From a virus (lineage: Duplodnaviria; Caudoviricetes), in IMG/VR virus record IMGVR_UViG_3300017903_001594, positions 1-55,705 of that record: a stretch of DNA of 55,705 nt. One strand, written 5' to 3'. This document shows positions 20,859 to 31,216 of this stretch, in pieces. A program made the translations under genes and the position numbers. Every line of letters starts with the position of its first letter. Position 1 is the first letter of the stretch. The notes beneath the pieces were generated by a model. The model was not told the origin of the DNA and did not search any database. It saw only the letters and a list, made by a program, of their open reading frames with translations.

Positions 20859-21045
20859 TTCTTACTATCTCTTTGAGGAGTTGTTTAATTTCAGATATTT
20901 CTTCCTTCAATGTATTTATGTCCTTAACAGCATTCCCAAAAGTTTGGGAAAAATTTTTGGGAGCACTTTTCTCTGTGTTTATAATTGCTCCCGTACTGAC
21001 ATCACGGTAAAGATTTTCGTGACCTTCTACTTTTAGATATTTCAT
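20845..21045 (-). CDS. Small hypothetical protein with C-terminal coiled coil
   Basis: YLKVEGHENLYRDVSTGAIIN...INTLKEEISEIKQLL; overlaps both neighbouring genes. Confidence 0.8.
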   Translation of the reverse strand: MKYLKVEGHENLYRDVSTGAIINTEKSAPKNFSQTFGNAVKDINTLKEEISEIKQLLKEIVRNGSS

Positions 21046-24000
21046 CAGAAAGAAGCAATGGCACGAAGATCTTGAATTTTGGGAACATAGGATGGATTAT
21101 CTGTTTTCATAACAATTTTTATAGCAAAAGATGAGAAGTCAATCAAATCGTCAGCAGTATAAGACAACTCCTGATAATCTTCTTGTTTTTCAAACTGACC
21201 AGAAATAGAGTTAGCTGGTGTTGCTAAAATATCGTTATCAGGATTTCCATTAATATTGAATGGAATCCAGTTAGTATCATTGAAGTTAATGGAACTGGAA
21301 GCAGATTTAATTTTGTAATATAATTTGACGTTTTCGATATCAGTTGTATTGACAGTAGTTTTTACATTGATAGAATTTCCAGGATTGTTTATAGAAATCT
21401 CTTTCGTAACATACTTAGCAACGGAAGAACTATTAGTAGAATCTTCTTCAGAAATATAATCAATACCCGTGGTATATTCTACTGAAGAAATTTCAACAAA
21501 AACTGGATCTCCCGCTGTAGTCTGAACAACATCTCCAACTCTAAAAATATCTGGCAATTGGTCGGTTGCTACAGGTTGTCTAGAGAAAGCAATTTCAGAT
21601 GTAGAAGATGTGTAATTGTTGTTGATAGGTTGATAGCAGTTTTCGACAACAAGAACTTGGTCTTCAGAATCCCACTGAACAATGTTACCATTAATACGAT
21701 TTGTATAAGAAACATCAGTATCTTGTGGATTGTAAGCAATCAAGTTGGCATTTTTCGAGAACTCGAAAGGAATTTTGGTACTAGAAATTATAGTTACAGT
21801 TAGTTCTGTAACTTCATTTCCTTGTGTATCAGTAACAGTAACTTGTTCGCCAACCTCAAATTCGGTGTCCGTTCTTAAATTAACAACTAAATCACCCTCA
21901 CTGTCTTTGAGTTGTACCGTTCCTTGGGCATTGGAATTTCTACCAGTCAAAGTAGCACCTTGATTTAACAGAGATTCCTTTGTAGCATCAGAAGAAATAA
22001 CCGAAACTGCCATGTCGAACTTAGATAGGAATCTTAGGACTTGATCTCTCTTACCAAATCTATCTTCATAACCAGTAGCATTTTCTATTCGGTTTGAAAT
22101 TGTTTTCACCGAAGCGGTGTTTAAATCAATTAAAGGAGAAAGAGCAGAATTTGTAGAAGACAAAATCATTTTATATTTCAAACTATTATCAATTTCATTC
22201 ATAACAGCATTAATGTCTGATGTAATAACTTTTTGATTAATGAAGAAATGCTCTTCATTCAAGAAAGTTCTTTCATAACTAGACATGTCATATGTATTGT
22301 AGTTAATAGTGCTAGAATCTACTGGAATGATGTTTGTTGTAGAAACAAATGTTTCCAACTTGGTTCCATCAAGTTCTAAGTAAGGAATCTGAGCATATAA
22401 TTTTTCATACTTTCTATTGTAAGAAGCAATGACCTTATCTCCGCCACCAAGAACACTAGAACCAGCAACAATTGGAGAAACGATATTATAAGTATCCAAT
22501 CCACTATTACTAATGGTAAATAATCTACCATTTAACGTAGTGCTAGAAATACCGCCAACATCTCTGGTATTAGAGAAAAATACATAAGAGGCACCACTAT
22601 CTTCAAATCCGTGATTTCTGTGATAAACCTTTACAATATTGTTATTATTCTTGAATAAAGAAGACGTGGCATTTGATTGAGACCTAACACTAGTCTCAAA
22701 CGGGGAAATATTTAATAGTTGATATCCTAAAGATTCAGTAGTAATCTTCAACTCAGCTTCTTGATTGATAACAAATTCAGCACGATTCAATGTAAATTTA
22801 ATATCTTCAAATAAATCTTCTGTCCAGTTATCTGTATTTTGTGATTTGTATACAGAACCCAACGAAGGTTGTGTTGTGACTTCATTGCTAGTAGCAATTT
22901 CAGTTTCGCCTAACTTAGAAGCCCAAATTTCATAATCCAACGAATCGGTTTCGATCGCCAAAGCATACTCAGTATTGTTTGATAGATATACTGGATATTT
23001 AAACTTGAATCTTGTAGGAGTAGTAGATTCTGTGACACCTTCATTGTCAACAGCAATACCCATGATAACTGCTGGAGTATCTTTGACTATTTCTGCTGTG
23101 ATAAACGCTCCAGCAGCAGAGTTGCCTACACCTCTAATCACTACGGATGGAGCAGTAGTATATCCACGACCCGAAAGAGAAATTTCTGAATTGTAAATTT
23201 TACCATCAGAAACACTTACAGAACCAGTAGCAGTTGATCCTCCTGGTAACTGAGGACTTTCTATAACAATAGAAGCAGAATCATATCCATCCCCAACAGA
23301 TTCCAAATTCAAAGCAGTAACACGACCAGAATCTCTAGCAATATACACGCCTTGTGTAGTGTTGTTAGAATTGTTGTATTGAGTAATCGAAGGAATAGAC
23401 AACAACTCATTTTCTACAAAAGATGTTCCATTGTGATTACTGAGAACTAAAGTATAAACTTGCTCCTTATTCAGTTGGAATGTCGTGCTGGAATCATCTC
23501 CAACTCTAACATTACTACCATCAAATATTTTATCAATAGGACCAGAAGCATTTGAGGTTGCTCCTGTAACAAATTCTCCTCTTGTTAAAACAATAGTGTC
23601 GTTTTCACCAGTTACATAAACCTTCAAATATGTTTCTGGGTTTAAAGAAACTTGAGTTCCAGGGATAATATTCTTTCCTGGTTTTCCAAAAGAAACATCA
23701 GTTAAATATGCTCTTAATGGAATTGTAGAACTTTTAGACTTAAAGAATAGATCAACACTAGTTGCCATTACGCCACCATCAAAGTTTTCAATCTTGAATG
23801 TTTGAGCTAATGGGTTTGGTTTGATTGGATCTTCGGTATTACTGTCAGTTAACTGAACTCCCTCATTTGCCTTGAAAAAAGCAGTCGATGTCGAAACAAT
23901 ACTTGGAGGATTTTGTGGTAAAGAACCAGAAGCATAAAACTTAACTTCGGCATATGTGACAGCAGTATCTTTATCATTATCTTCGTTAGAGATAAATCTA

Positions 24001-27000
24001 ATAGTCTTGATGCCAGTAGTAAATCTTACCTCTTCCGATCCTTCTTGATAAGAAACAGTATCTACGTTTCCAGTCCACAAACTATTCTGTACTGGCGGCA
24101 ATCCAGCAGGAATAACAATAATACCACTTAAATTGCCATTAGAATCGGTTACAAGGTCTGCTCCAAACGTTGTAAGACTATTTCCACCAATACCAGTAAA
24201 ACGACTGTCAGGAACTACCCAGGCACCGATACCACGACCTTCCATAAACACATTAACTTTGGTGTTTGGTTTTAAGCGGTTTACTGTAAACTTAACTGGA
24301 ATAGAACGAGCAAAAAACTGTACAGAACTTGAAATCTTTTTATCTCCAATTGACTTAGTATTCAATCCCTTACCAATTTCATTATTCTGTGGACTTACGT
24401 TTGATGAACTTTGTGTTGACGCTACTTGAACAGAAGACTGGATATCCTCGGTATTAATGTTAGCGAAAGATTCAATATTGAAGAAAGACTGTGTAGATCC
24501 TACCCAATTAATGATAAAGGAATTATGAATACTTCCATATGCTTCGTCTAAATTATTTTCTTTTGCTAAGAAAATAGAATTTAATTTTGTGTTTGAATCA
24601 GAAATTAATGGAGCAACAGACTGGTCATACCAAGAATCTTGCTGTGGAATAATAACTGATTCGCCAACATATTGAATGACAACAAATGGATTTGGATTAA
24701 TAGTTTTCGTGGCATTCTTATTACTAAGAAGTTCGACCTCTGTAAATGGAAGTGTTACCACTTTGTTATTAATTACATATCCATCTGCTTCTCTTTGATC
24801 ATCTCTTGTGTTAATTTCCTTTAAAATTAAACTATCTTCTTTAGATTGTGCTCTCAAAACAGATTGCTGTGTGTCGATAGCACACTTGTAATCAATTGAT
24901 TTTAAATTACCAATGCCATGAGATTCAAAATTGTCTACTAAAAATCCAGTCTTAGTTTTTTCTAAACCTAAATTATCCTTGACCTGAGTGTTTAATGCTT
25001 GCTGCTCAAGAATACTTAAAGTTGTATAATACTCAAGACGTTCGATACGTTTTTCTAACTTACCGATGTCTTTCATAGTGTAACGCTTATTGTCCACTGG
25101 AACAATTCTTACGTCTTTGCTGCTATTTGTATAAGCAGGAATGTGGAGATAGCAAAGTGCCACAGCATCTTCGATTGGATCTGGTTTTGCTGGATTGAGG
25201 GAAGAATTGCCTTTTTTGATTGTGAAATCTCCCTTCTTAGTCAAGAACAATCCATCAATACGATCTAAATATTGCTTCTCACTAAATGACATTGTATAAG
25301 AAATATTCGTGTTTTCTTTTACTGGCGCTGGAGTAGCAGCAGGAATTCCACTAGTTCCAACAAAACTAATATAATCTTCTGTATTGAAAAGAGATATAAT
25401 TGAGTTATCTTGGAATCCTGTTACTGTGGTGTTGATATCAACCTTTGGTCTGAAGTCAATACAATCTCTCAAAGGAACAACTCCATTTACTTCGGAGTTG
25501 AACAAAGGAATCTCGTTTGAAGCAATTCCAGCTTCATGACTATAAGAATCAACAGTACAGAAGTCTCCGAGCGAATGCTCGAAGTAATCAAAGATTACTA
25601 CAATTTGACCAGTGGGAGAATCAAATCCTGGTTTAAGAATAATTCTAGAAACATCGTAATGTGTGTCTCTTTGACCATCATCAAAATCAAACTTATAAGT
25701 GATGTCAGTACCACTAACTAAGTTTCCTGCCTTGTCTATAGATGGTGGATTAGTTTTAGTTCCTTCAAAAACTTTTCTTAGTTTGTAGCAATCAGCATAT
25801 GATACGGTTTCAATAGCATCAGATTCGTAGTCTTGCCCCCTAATAGGAATTACTCTATCTCCAGAAGAAATAACAACAACTTTTTTGTTTGTGATAGAAG
25901 TCTTAAGTCTAGGTCTTGCCTTACGAATTTCTACAGTAGCAGTTAATTTTAAAGTTGGATAACTACCGCCTTCTGGAATATCTCCAAAATAATTAAATGG
26001 TAGATCTTTGATTCTTAAGGCACCTGCTGTTACTGTACTTGCTGTAATTACCGAATCATCGAGAGTGATATACTTAGAATCAATGTAGATAATATCACCA
26101 TCTTGAACAATGGGGGAAGATCCTTTATTCAAAACTGTTACGATGAAACTGTTCTCGTTAAAATTGACAAATCGTTGTGTTCCCACTGGAAGTTGTGCTG
26201 TGAAAGTTAAACCACCTCCACCAGAAGACATTTCAGTAACAAAGTCTTTTCTGATATAATAATTAAACTTCGTATCCCCACTATCAGAAACAACAGATGC
26301 TACTTGCTTGCTTCCTGTTGGGAAAACTAGAGAAGCAGATGGGTTAGCAATTCTAGGACGCAATCTAATAATAGTAGCGTTTACAACATCATTGGGAAGA
26401 GATAGATCTAAGTAAATTCTAGATTTTTCTACACCAAGTGGTTGAGTTACTCTTTGTACAACTGCTTTTAAAACGGTGTTTGTGGAGTCGCTAAACTGTA
26501 CGATATCACCTTGTACAAGGAATCCAGAAATATCAGCACCAAATCCATTACACTCAATAAACTTTGTTCCTCTGTCCCCAAAGAAGGTAAAATCTGTTAC
26601 TTGATCATATAAAGCATATTCTGTGGAAGTGAGATCAATGTCGGCGGTAAATTTATAGTTATTAAAAGTAGATCCAAAAGACTTAACATTTTGTGGTGTA
26701 TATGTAAATACAGTGTCCTTGAATAAAACAGCAGTAATTACTGCTGGTTGTACACCCGCGTTTGAATCTTGATCGAATGAAATTGAGGGAGGATTGTAGT
26801 ATACAATATTACGTAATTTTTGATCTAATAATTCTACTTCTCCAATATCTCTGTTTTTCTCTACTCCAGTGACCGTTCCTCCGTATGTGCTAACAGCAAT
26901 CTTAGATTGATCATAAGTAACACCATCAATAACTACTCTGGCAGAAATTGTATATCCATCACCTCTTTGATTTACTACAAAGTGAGAAAGTGTGTTTTCT

Positions 27001-29189
27001 TTGGCGATTTTGATAGCATTTTCATCTTCATCAAGAATTGTTTCTCCAGGAATAAATTCACCGTAAAGTGTAGTTACAAATAACTTATTACCAGAACTAT
27101 AATTTCCTGTAGTGTCATTTTCGATAACACCATATGCTTTACTAGTCTTGCCGTAAATATACTTTCCTTTAGTAAAAGTATTGTTTGTGATATTTGTATC
27201 TAATGTTAGTCTAGTAAAGAATGTTGGATTAAAATAAGAGAACCCAAAAGTAGCATTATATGGGGATAACGTGTTTACTCTTCCTTTAGAAAGAACAATA
27301 TCACTATCTTGATTGAAACCTACTCCTCTTCTCTTTAATCTGAAGTTCTTTGGTTTTGCCAAACCAATAACAGGTGTAATGGTTTCGTTGTAGTCTCTAA
27401 TAGTTCCATAAAAATTATTAGAGTCTGCCTTCATCTCAGATTCAATATCGTAAACACATCTCAGTCTATCAGTACGTCCTTTATCATATTCAGTACAGAA
27501 AGTATCAAGAACTGCTCTCTCACCACTAACAGTAACTTCAATATAAAAAGCATTAGATGCTGGATCTATTTCTTTTCTATTAATGATGGACTTAGCAAGA
27601 ACTGTTAATGGTTTTCCATCTAAAGTTCCAGTTCCCCTTTGAGTCACAACATAAAAGGTGTCTGGAATATCTGATAGAAAAGTTGGGAACGTGCCATTCT
27701 TTTGAATGTAGATTGTTTTAATACCATCTTGAACACTAAAAGTTTGTGATCTCCTATCAATAGTCTTCTTTGAAGTTGGCGTTCCGTCAAAATTGTTAGA
27801 AATATTATCTAGACCATTGAGACCAATAGATCCATCATTAAAAACTGAGTTAAGTGTGATTGTTGGGTAACCAGTTAATACGTCACCAACATTGTTCAAA
27901 GGAACTGAATTATGAACATTAGTAACTGTAAATTCTGGCATACCAGCAGATTTAATAGTAATATTATCTCTGCTTAGAGTATCTCTTCCTTTATCAACCT
28001 CAAGATCTTTAGTTTCCTTGTTTACGATTTCATAACCTTTTACATATGCTTTACCAGATCCAACAGAAAGCATCATCTTTCCTTCTGCCTCAACAGCAGA
28101 ATATCCATTTACCAACCCTGTGGCATCACTTAATTCATAAACACCATTGTTTCCACTAGTTTGATAAAATTCTCTAATCGAAAGATCGAAGTCGTTAACT
28201 ACATAGTCTCCCGATTCGTCGTATGTTCTTCTCGCCAAAGTTTCTTCGAGAAGACTATAATCTGCTGATTTGACTTGTTTTTCGACTATGCCATTCTTTA
28301 TCTTAAGTAGCTGAATGAAGTTTTTGGCAGGATCGGCATCGTAACCATACGATGATAATTCTAAATCAATAGCTAAACGATGGGCACCTGGAGCTGAAGC
28401 GTTTGAATATCCTCGTGCATTATCATACAAAGAAGCATCATTTTCTGGTGTGATAACTTCTTCGTTTACGGTAAATCCAACCTTAGCAGATGCTTGATTG
28501 TAATATTTGTCAACAACTAATAGTTGTTTGGAATTTTGAACAAAGAATCCATTGACGAAATAAACACCCTCTTCTACGTCAACCGCAGTGGAAAATCCCA
28601 TCGCTGGACTAGAGAGAGTGCTAGTATTTCCAGAGATGGGATTGGTTACATTAATACTTGTAGGTAGAGCACTTCCATCTGTTCCGACCACTAACAGAGG
28701 AGTATTAATTCCATCGACAACTTCTAGTGTTTCACCTTGACGGAAAGTTGCTTCATCGTTAGAATCGCCACTATTTTCATATTTGACGAAAAGGGTATCA
28801 GACTGAATATCAGACCCATAATCAGTCTGAAGAACCTTAGCAACTACCCCAGAATTAATGCCTCTAACTAAAGTATTAACTAGTAATTTGATATCGTATT
28901 TTTTGTATACGATTTTATCGTTCTCATTAACTGCCACCTCAGAAACTGAGGATAATTTAACATAATCTAATCTAGTATTAAGACTAACGGCACCTGGAAT
29001 AACTTGCTGTCCCTGTTTAAATAGGAACTTGCCATATCTCTCAATTTGCCCTTGAAGGATAGACTGGAGGGAGGTTAACTCCCTCGTTTGTACAGAATAT
29101 CCTGGTCTGAACAGAACTTTATAAAAGTTCTTATCAGAATCAAAATCATCATAATAAGGTGCTACATTAAGATTAGTCTTCTGTGGCAT
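21045..29189 (-). CDS. VrlC-like large virion structural protein (2714 aa)
   Basis: N-terminus NLNVAPYYDDFD...VLFRPG..VQTRELT.LQS, APGAHR, LARRTYDESGDY, YTMKDIGKLEKRIERLEYYT, PLAQTF motifs. Confidence 0.88.
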   Translation of the reverse strand: MPQKTNLNVAPYYDDFDSDKNFYKVLFRPGYSVQTRELTSLQSILQGQIERYGKFLFKQGQQVIPGAVSLNTRLDYVKLSSVSEVAVNENDKIVYKKYDIKLLVNTLVRGINSGVVAKVLQTDYGSDIQSDTLFVKYENSGDSNDEATFRQGETLEVVDGINTPLLVVGTDGSALPTSINVTNPISGNTSTLSSPAMGFSTAVDVEEGVYFVNGFFVQNSKQLLVVDKYYNQASAKVGFTVNEEVITPENDASLYDNARGYSNASAPGAHRLAIDLELSSYGYDADPAKNFIQLLKIKNGIVEKQVKSADYSLLEETLARRTYDESGDYVVNDFDLSIREFYQTSGNNGVYELSDATGLVNGYSAVEAEGKMMLSVGSGKAYVKGYEIVNKETKDLEVDKGRDTLSRDNITIKSAGMPEFTVTNVHNSVPLNNVGDVLTGYPTITLNSVFNDGSIGLNGLDNISNNFDGTPTSKKTIDRRSQTFSVQDGIKTIYIQKNGTFPTFLSDIPDTFYVVTQRGTGTLDGKPLTVLAKSIINRKEIDPASNAFYIEVTVSGERAVLDTFCTEYDKGRTDRLRCVYDIESEMKADSNNFYGTIRDYNETITPVIGLAKPKNFRLKRRGVGFNQDSDIVLSKGRVNTLSPYNATFGFSYFNPTFFTRLTLDTNITNNTFTKGKYIYGKTSKAYGVIENDTTGNYSSGNKLFVTTLYGEFIPGETILDEDENAIKIAKENTLSHFVVNQRGDGYTISARVVIDGVTYDQSKIAVSTYGGTVTGVEKNRDIGEVELLDQKLRNIVYYNPPSISFDQDSNAGVQPAVITAVLFKDTVFTYTPQNVKSFGSTFNNYKFTADIDLTSTEYALYDQVTDFTFFGDRGTKFIECNGFGADISGFLVQGDIVQFSDSTNTVLKAVVQRVTQPLGVEKSRIYLDLSLPNDVVNATIIRLRPRIANPSASLVFPTGSKQVASVVSDSGDTKFNYYIRKDFVTEMSSGGGGLTFTAQLPVGTQRFVNFNENSFIVTVLNKGSSPIVQDGDIIYIDSKYITLDDSVITASTVTAGALRIKDLPFNYFGDIPEGGSYPTLKLTATVEIRKARPRLKTSITNKKVVVISSGDRVIPIRGQDYESDAIETVSYADCYKLRKVFEGTKTNPPSIDKAGNLVSGTDITYKFDFDDGQRDTHYDVSRIILKPGFDSPTGQIVVIFDYFEHSLGDFCTVDSYSHEAGIASNEIPLFNSEVNGVVPLRDCIDFRPKVDINTTVTGFQDNSIISLFNTEDYISFVGTSGIPAATPAPVKENTNISYTMSFSEKQYLDRIDGLFLTKKGDFTIKKGNSSLNPAKPDPIEDAVALCYLHIPAYTNSSKDVRIVPVDNKRYTMKDIGKLEKRIERLEYYTTLSILEQQALNTQVKDNLGLEKTKTGFLVDNFESHGIGNLKSIDYKCAIDTQQSVLRAQSKEDSLILKEINTRDDQREADGYVINNKVVTLPFTEVELLSNKNATKTINPNPFVVIQYVGESVIIPQQDSWYDQSVAPLISDSNTKLNSIFLAKENNLDEAYGSIHNSFIINWVGSTQSFFNIESFANINTEDIQSSVQVASTQSSSNVSPQNNEIGKGLNTKSIGDKKISSSVQFFARSIPVKFTVNRLKPNTKVNVFMEGRGIGAWVVPDSRFTGIGGNSLTTFGADLVTDSNGNLSGIIVIPAGLPPVQNSLWTGNVDTVSYQEGSEEVRFTTGIKTIRFISNEDNDKDTAVTYAEVKFYASGSLPQNPPSIVSTSTAFFKANEGVQLTDSNTEDPIKPNPLAQTFKIENFDGGVMATSVDLFFKSKSSTIPLRAYLTDVSFGKPGKNIIPGTQVSLNPETYLKVYVTGENDTIVLTRGEFVTGATSNASGPIDKIFDGSNVRVGDDSSTTFQLNKEQVYTLVLSNHNGTSFVENELLSIPSITQYNNSNNTTQGVYIARDSGRVTALNLESVGDGYDSASIVIESPQLPGGSTATGSVSVSDGKIYNSEISLSGRGYTTAPSVVIRGVGNSAAGAFITAEIVKDTPAVIMGIAVDNEGVTESTTPTRFKFKYPVYLSNNTEYALAIETDSLDYEIWASKLGETEIATSNEVTTQPSLGSVYKSQNTDNWTEDLFEDIKFTLNRAEFVINQEAELKITTESLGYQLLNISPFETSVRSQSNATSSLFKNNNNIVKVYHRNHGFEDSGASYVFFSNTRDVGGISSTTLNGRLFTISNSGLDTYNIVSPIVAGSSVLGGGDKVIASYNRKYEKLYAQIPYLELDGTKLETFVSTTNIIPVDSSTINYNTYDMSSYERTFLNEEHFFINQKVITSDINAVMNEIDNSLKYKMILSSTNSALSPLIDLNTASVKTISNRIENATGYEDRFGKRDQVLRFLSKFDMAVSVISSDATKESLLNQGATLTGRNSNAQGTVQLKDSEGDLVVNLRTDTEFEVGEQVTVTDTQGNEVTELTVTIISSTKIPFEFSKNANLIAYNPQDTDVSYTNRINGNIVQWDSEDQVLVVENCYQPINNNYTSSTSEIAFSRQPVATDQLPDIFRVGDVVQTTAGDPVFVEISSVEYTTGIDYISEEDSTNSSSVAKYVTKEISINNPGNSINVKTTVNTTDIENVKLYYKIKSASSSINFNDTNWIPFNINGNPDNDILATPANSISGQFEKQEDYQELSYTADDLIDFSSFAIKIVMKTDNPSYVPKIQDLRAIASF

Positions 29190-29190
29190 G

Positions 29191-29239
29191 TTACTCCGCC
29201 AAATACTTTACATTATCGTTGAAGTATTTAGCGGAGTAA
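29191..29239 (-). promoter_or_regulatory. 18-bp RBS-sequestering hairpin containing a late promoter (CTAAATA, 29225-29231)
   Basis: Minus-strand arms TTACTCCGCTAAATACTT and AAGTATTTGGCGGAGTAA pair with one G-U; GGAG lies in the 3' arm, 4 nt before the ATG. Confidence 0.75.
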
Positions 29240-29247
29240 AATTTGAA

Positions 29248-31167
29248 TCAGAACTCGATTACAAGTTTGATATCTTCGATCTGGTCTTCAGCACGGGTGA
29301 TGAGACGACGGTTTTCGACGTAGATCATCTCGCCAGAGTTGTTCTCAACTTCTGGATTTGCTAAACCAGAAGAGAAGGTGATACCAGAACCAGCAGGTGA
29401 AGTGTTGTTAGCGGTATCAATAGTACCAGTAGCAAGAGAAGAAGTTCCAGAGATTGTCTGACCAGCGTCAGAAATGAAGCTTCTTACAACACCAGCATCA
29501 GTGTGAAGTTCTGGAGTCTGGATGTACTTAAGAACACCAGATCCAGGAGTTCCAGCGGTAGGAACAGGAGATCCTTCGTCAAGCTTCCAGGAAACAACAG
29601 TTCCTCTAGCAGTTCCGCCAGTAGGCAGAGTCTGGGAGATAAACTCGTCAACCTGATAGTCAGCAGTTACATTGTTCAACTTAAGAGCAAACAGACCATT
29701 TAGTGTGCCAGCGGTAGCACGGGTTGTGGTTCCCCAAGCATAAGGATCACGGATAATACCAATACGACGGAAGTCGTTGTCAACAGGGAAGTCGCCAGAA
29801 CCTTCAGCATACTCAAGGCGGATGTTAGTCATAACACGCTTACCATTGAGTTCTTCTTCAAAGTTAGCGCCATGACCACCTTGAGGAGGAAGAATTGGTT
29901 CTAGAGCGCCAACAGCATTAGCAGCAACTGTTTCTTTGGTGATGGCACCTGTTCCTAGAGCAGACCAATCAGCAGGATTTTGTGCCGTTCCATCTCCATA
30001 AAGACCGTAAGGAGCTCCAGTGTATCCAGCGTCAGCTTGATCAATACCAGTCTCTAGTTCAACAGAAGCATATGTATAACCAGTACCACGGTTGGTTACA
30101 GTAGCAGACTGGATAGAACCACCAGAGATAACTAATTCAACAATACCATCAGTTCCGTCACCGAGGATTGGGGAATAGTAAGTACCATTGGGGAGGTTAA
30201 GACCAGCAGATTCGATGTATACAACATCGATAGCGTTAGGATCGGCAGTAGCGAGTGCCTTGGTATCAATACGTGTCTGGTTTGTGCTCAGAACGATTGG
30301 CATGAAGTCTGTGGAGAAGAAGCGGATAACATCATTCGTAGGAATGGTGTACATATACTTCCAGATATAGTTAGAAGTAGCGCCAGGATCTTCGGTGAAA
30401 ATGCCAGTAGCAGCGTTATAAGAACCAGAACCACTAGAAGGGCTAGTCTTAGGTTCGTTAGTAACAATGTTGTTACCAGCACCTAGACCTTTGTCTTCGC
30501 CGTTGTAAAGGCACTTGAATACTTCGTACTGACCATTGACTAGGTAGAACTTAGCATCGGAGATTGAAGTCTCGCCAGTAGCAGAAGGCTTACCAGTTTG
30601 ACCTGTTGTTGTGTTGGAATAGTCAGGCTTCCACATATCGAACACTGGGTTAGCAGAAGTGTTCCAGTTGTAGCGACGAATTACCTGACGGGCGAAATCA
30701 GTTGTGATTTTTTTAGCAGCGATGATGTCATCATAGACTTCATACTTTTCGGACTGATTATCAATAGGAGTAGGAGGTACATCCTCTGTAGCATAACGGT
30801 AAACACCCGATAGTGCCTCAGCACCAGTATCAGCAGTTCCGTTATGTCCCTTGATGAGCGATCCTACAGCAGGAGCAGCAGCAGTATTAGGACCGATTGC
30901 TGTAAGAAGGAGACTGTGCTCCGTAACCTCTTGGATTTGTCCGAAGAAGGTAGCACCAGCACCAGCACTAGGTCCAGTGCCTCCAGTATATACGAAATCA
31001 CCCGCCTGGAAGGCGACGGCGTTTTCTTGATAGATTTCTAGGTAGGAATCCCAACGTTGGGGGCGTCCAACGAAAAAATACATGTTAGTATTTTCTGCTT
31101 CATCCAGAGACTCTAGAAACTGGGAAGCATTAAAAATTCTAAACTTATCTGAAATGATAGCAGCCAT
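29248..31167 (-). CDS. gp8: Baseplate wedge subunit (T4 gp8-like)
   Basis: MAAIISDKFRIFNA, VFKCLYNG, YIWKYMYTI, NDFRRIGIIRDP, SGEMIYVENR...QIEDIKLVIEF. Confidence 0.92.
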   Translation of the reverse strand: MAAIISDKFRIFNASQFLESLDEAENTNMYFFVGRPQRWDSYLEIYQENAVAFQAGDFVYTGGTGPSAGAGATFFGQIQEVTEHSLLLTAIGPNTAAAPAVGSLIKGHNGTADTGAEALSGVYRYATEDVPPTPIDNQSEKYEVYDDIIAAKKITTDFARQVIRRYNWNTSANPVFDMWKPDYSNTTTGQTGKPSATGETSISDAKFYLVNGQYEVFKCLYNGEDKGLGAGNNIVTNEPKTSPSSGSGSYNAATGIFTEDPGATSNYIWKYMYTIPTNDVIRFFSTDFMPIVLSTNQTRIDTKALATADPNAIDVVYIESAGLNLPNGTYYSPILGDGTDGIVELVISGGSIQSATVTNRGTGYTYASVELETGIDQADAGYTGAPYGLYGDGTAQNPADWSALGTGAITKETVAANAVGALEPILPPQGGHGANFEEELNGKRVMTNIRLEYAEGSGDFPVDNDFRRIGIIRDPYAWGTTTRATAGTLNGLFALKLNNVTADYQVDEFISQTLPTGGTARGTVVSWKLDEGSPVPTAGTPGSGVLKYIQTPELHTDAGVVRSFISDAGQTISGTSSLATGTIDTANNTSPAGSGITFSSGLANPEVENNSGEMIYVENRRLITRAEDQIEDIKLVIEF

Positions 31168-31202
31168 TGAAAAAACTCTCTATAGAACGATTTGGTCTGA
31201 TT

Positions 31203-31216
31203 TATTTATATTTATA
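31203..31216 (-). promoter_or_regulatory. Two overlapping TATAAATA late promoters upstream of gp8
   Basis: Minus strand TATAAATATAAATA; exact T4 gp55 consensus twice. Confidence 0.75.
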
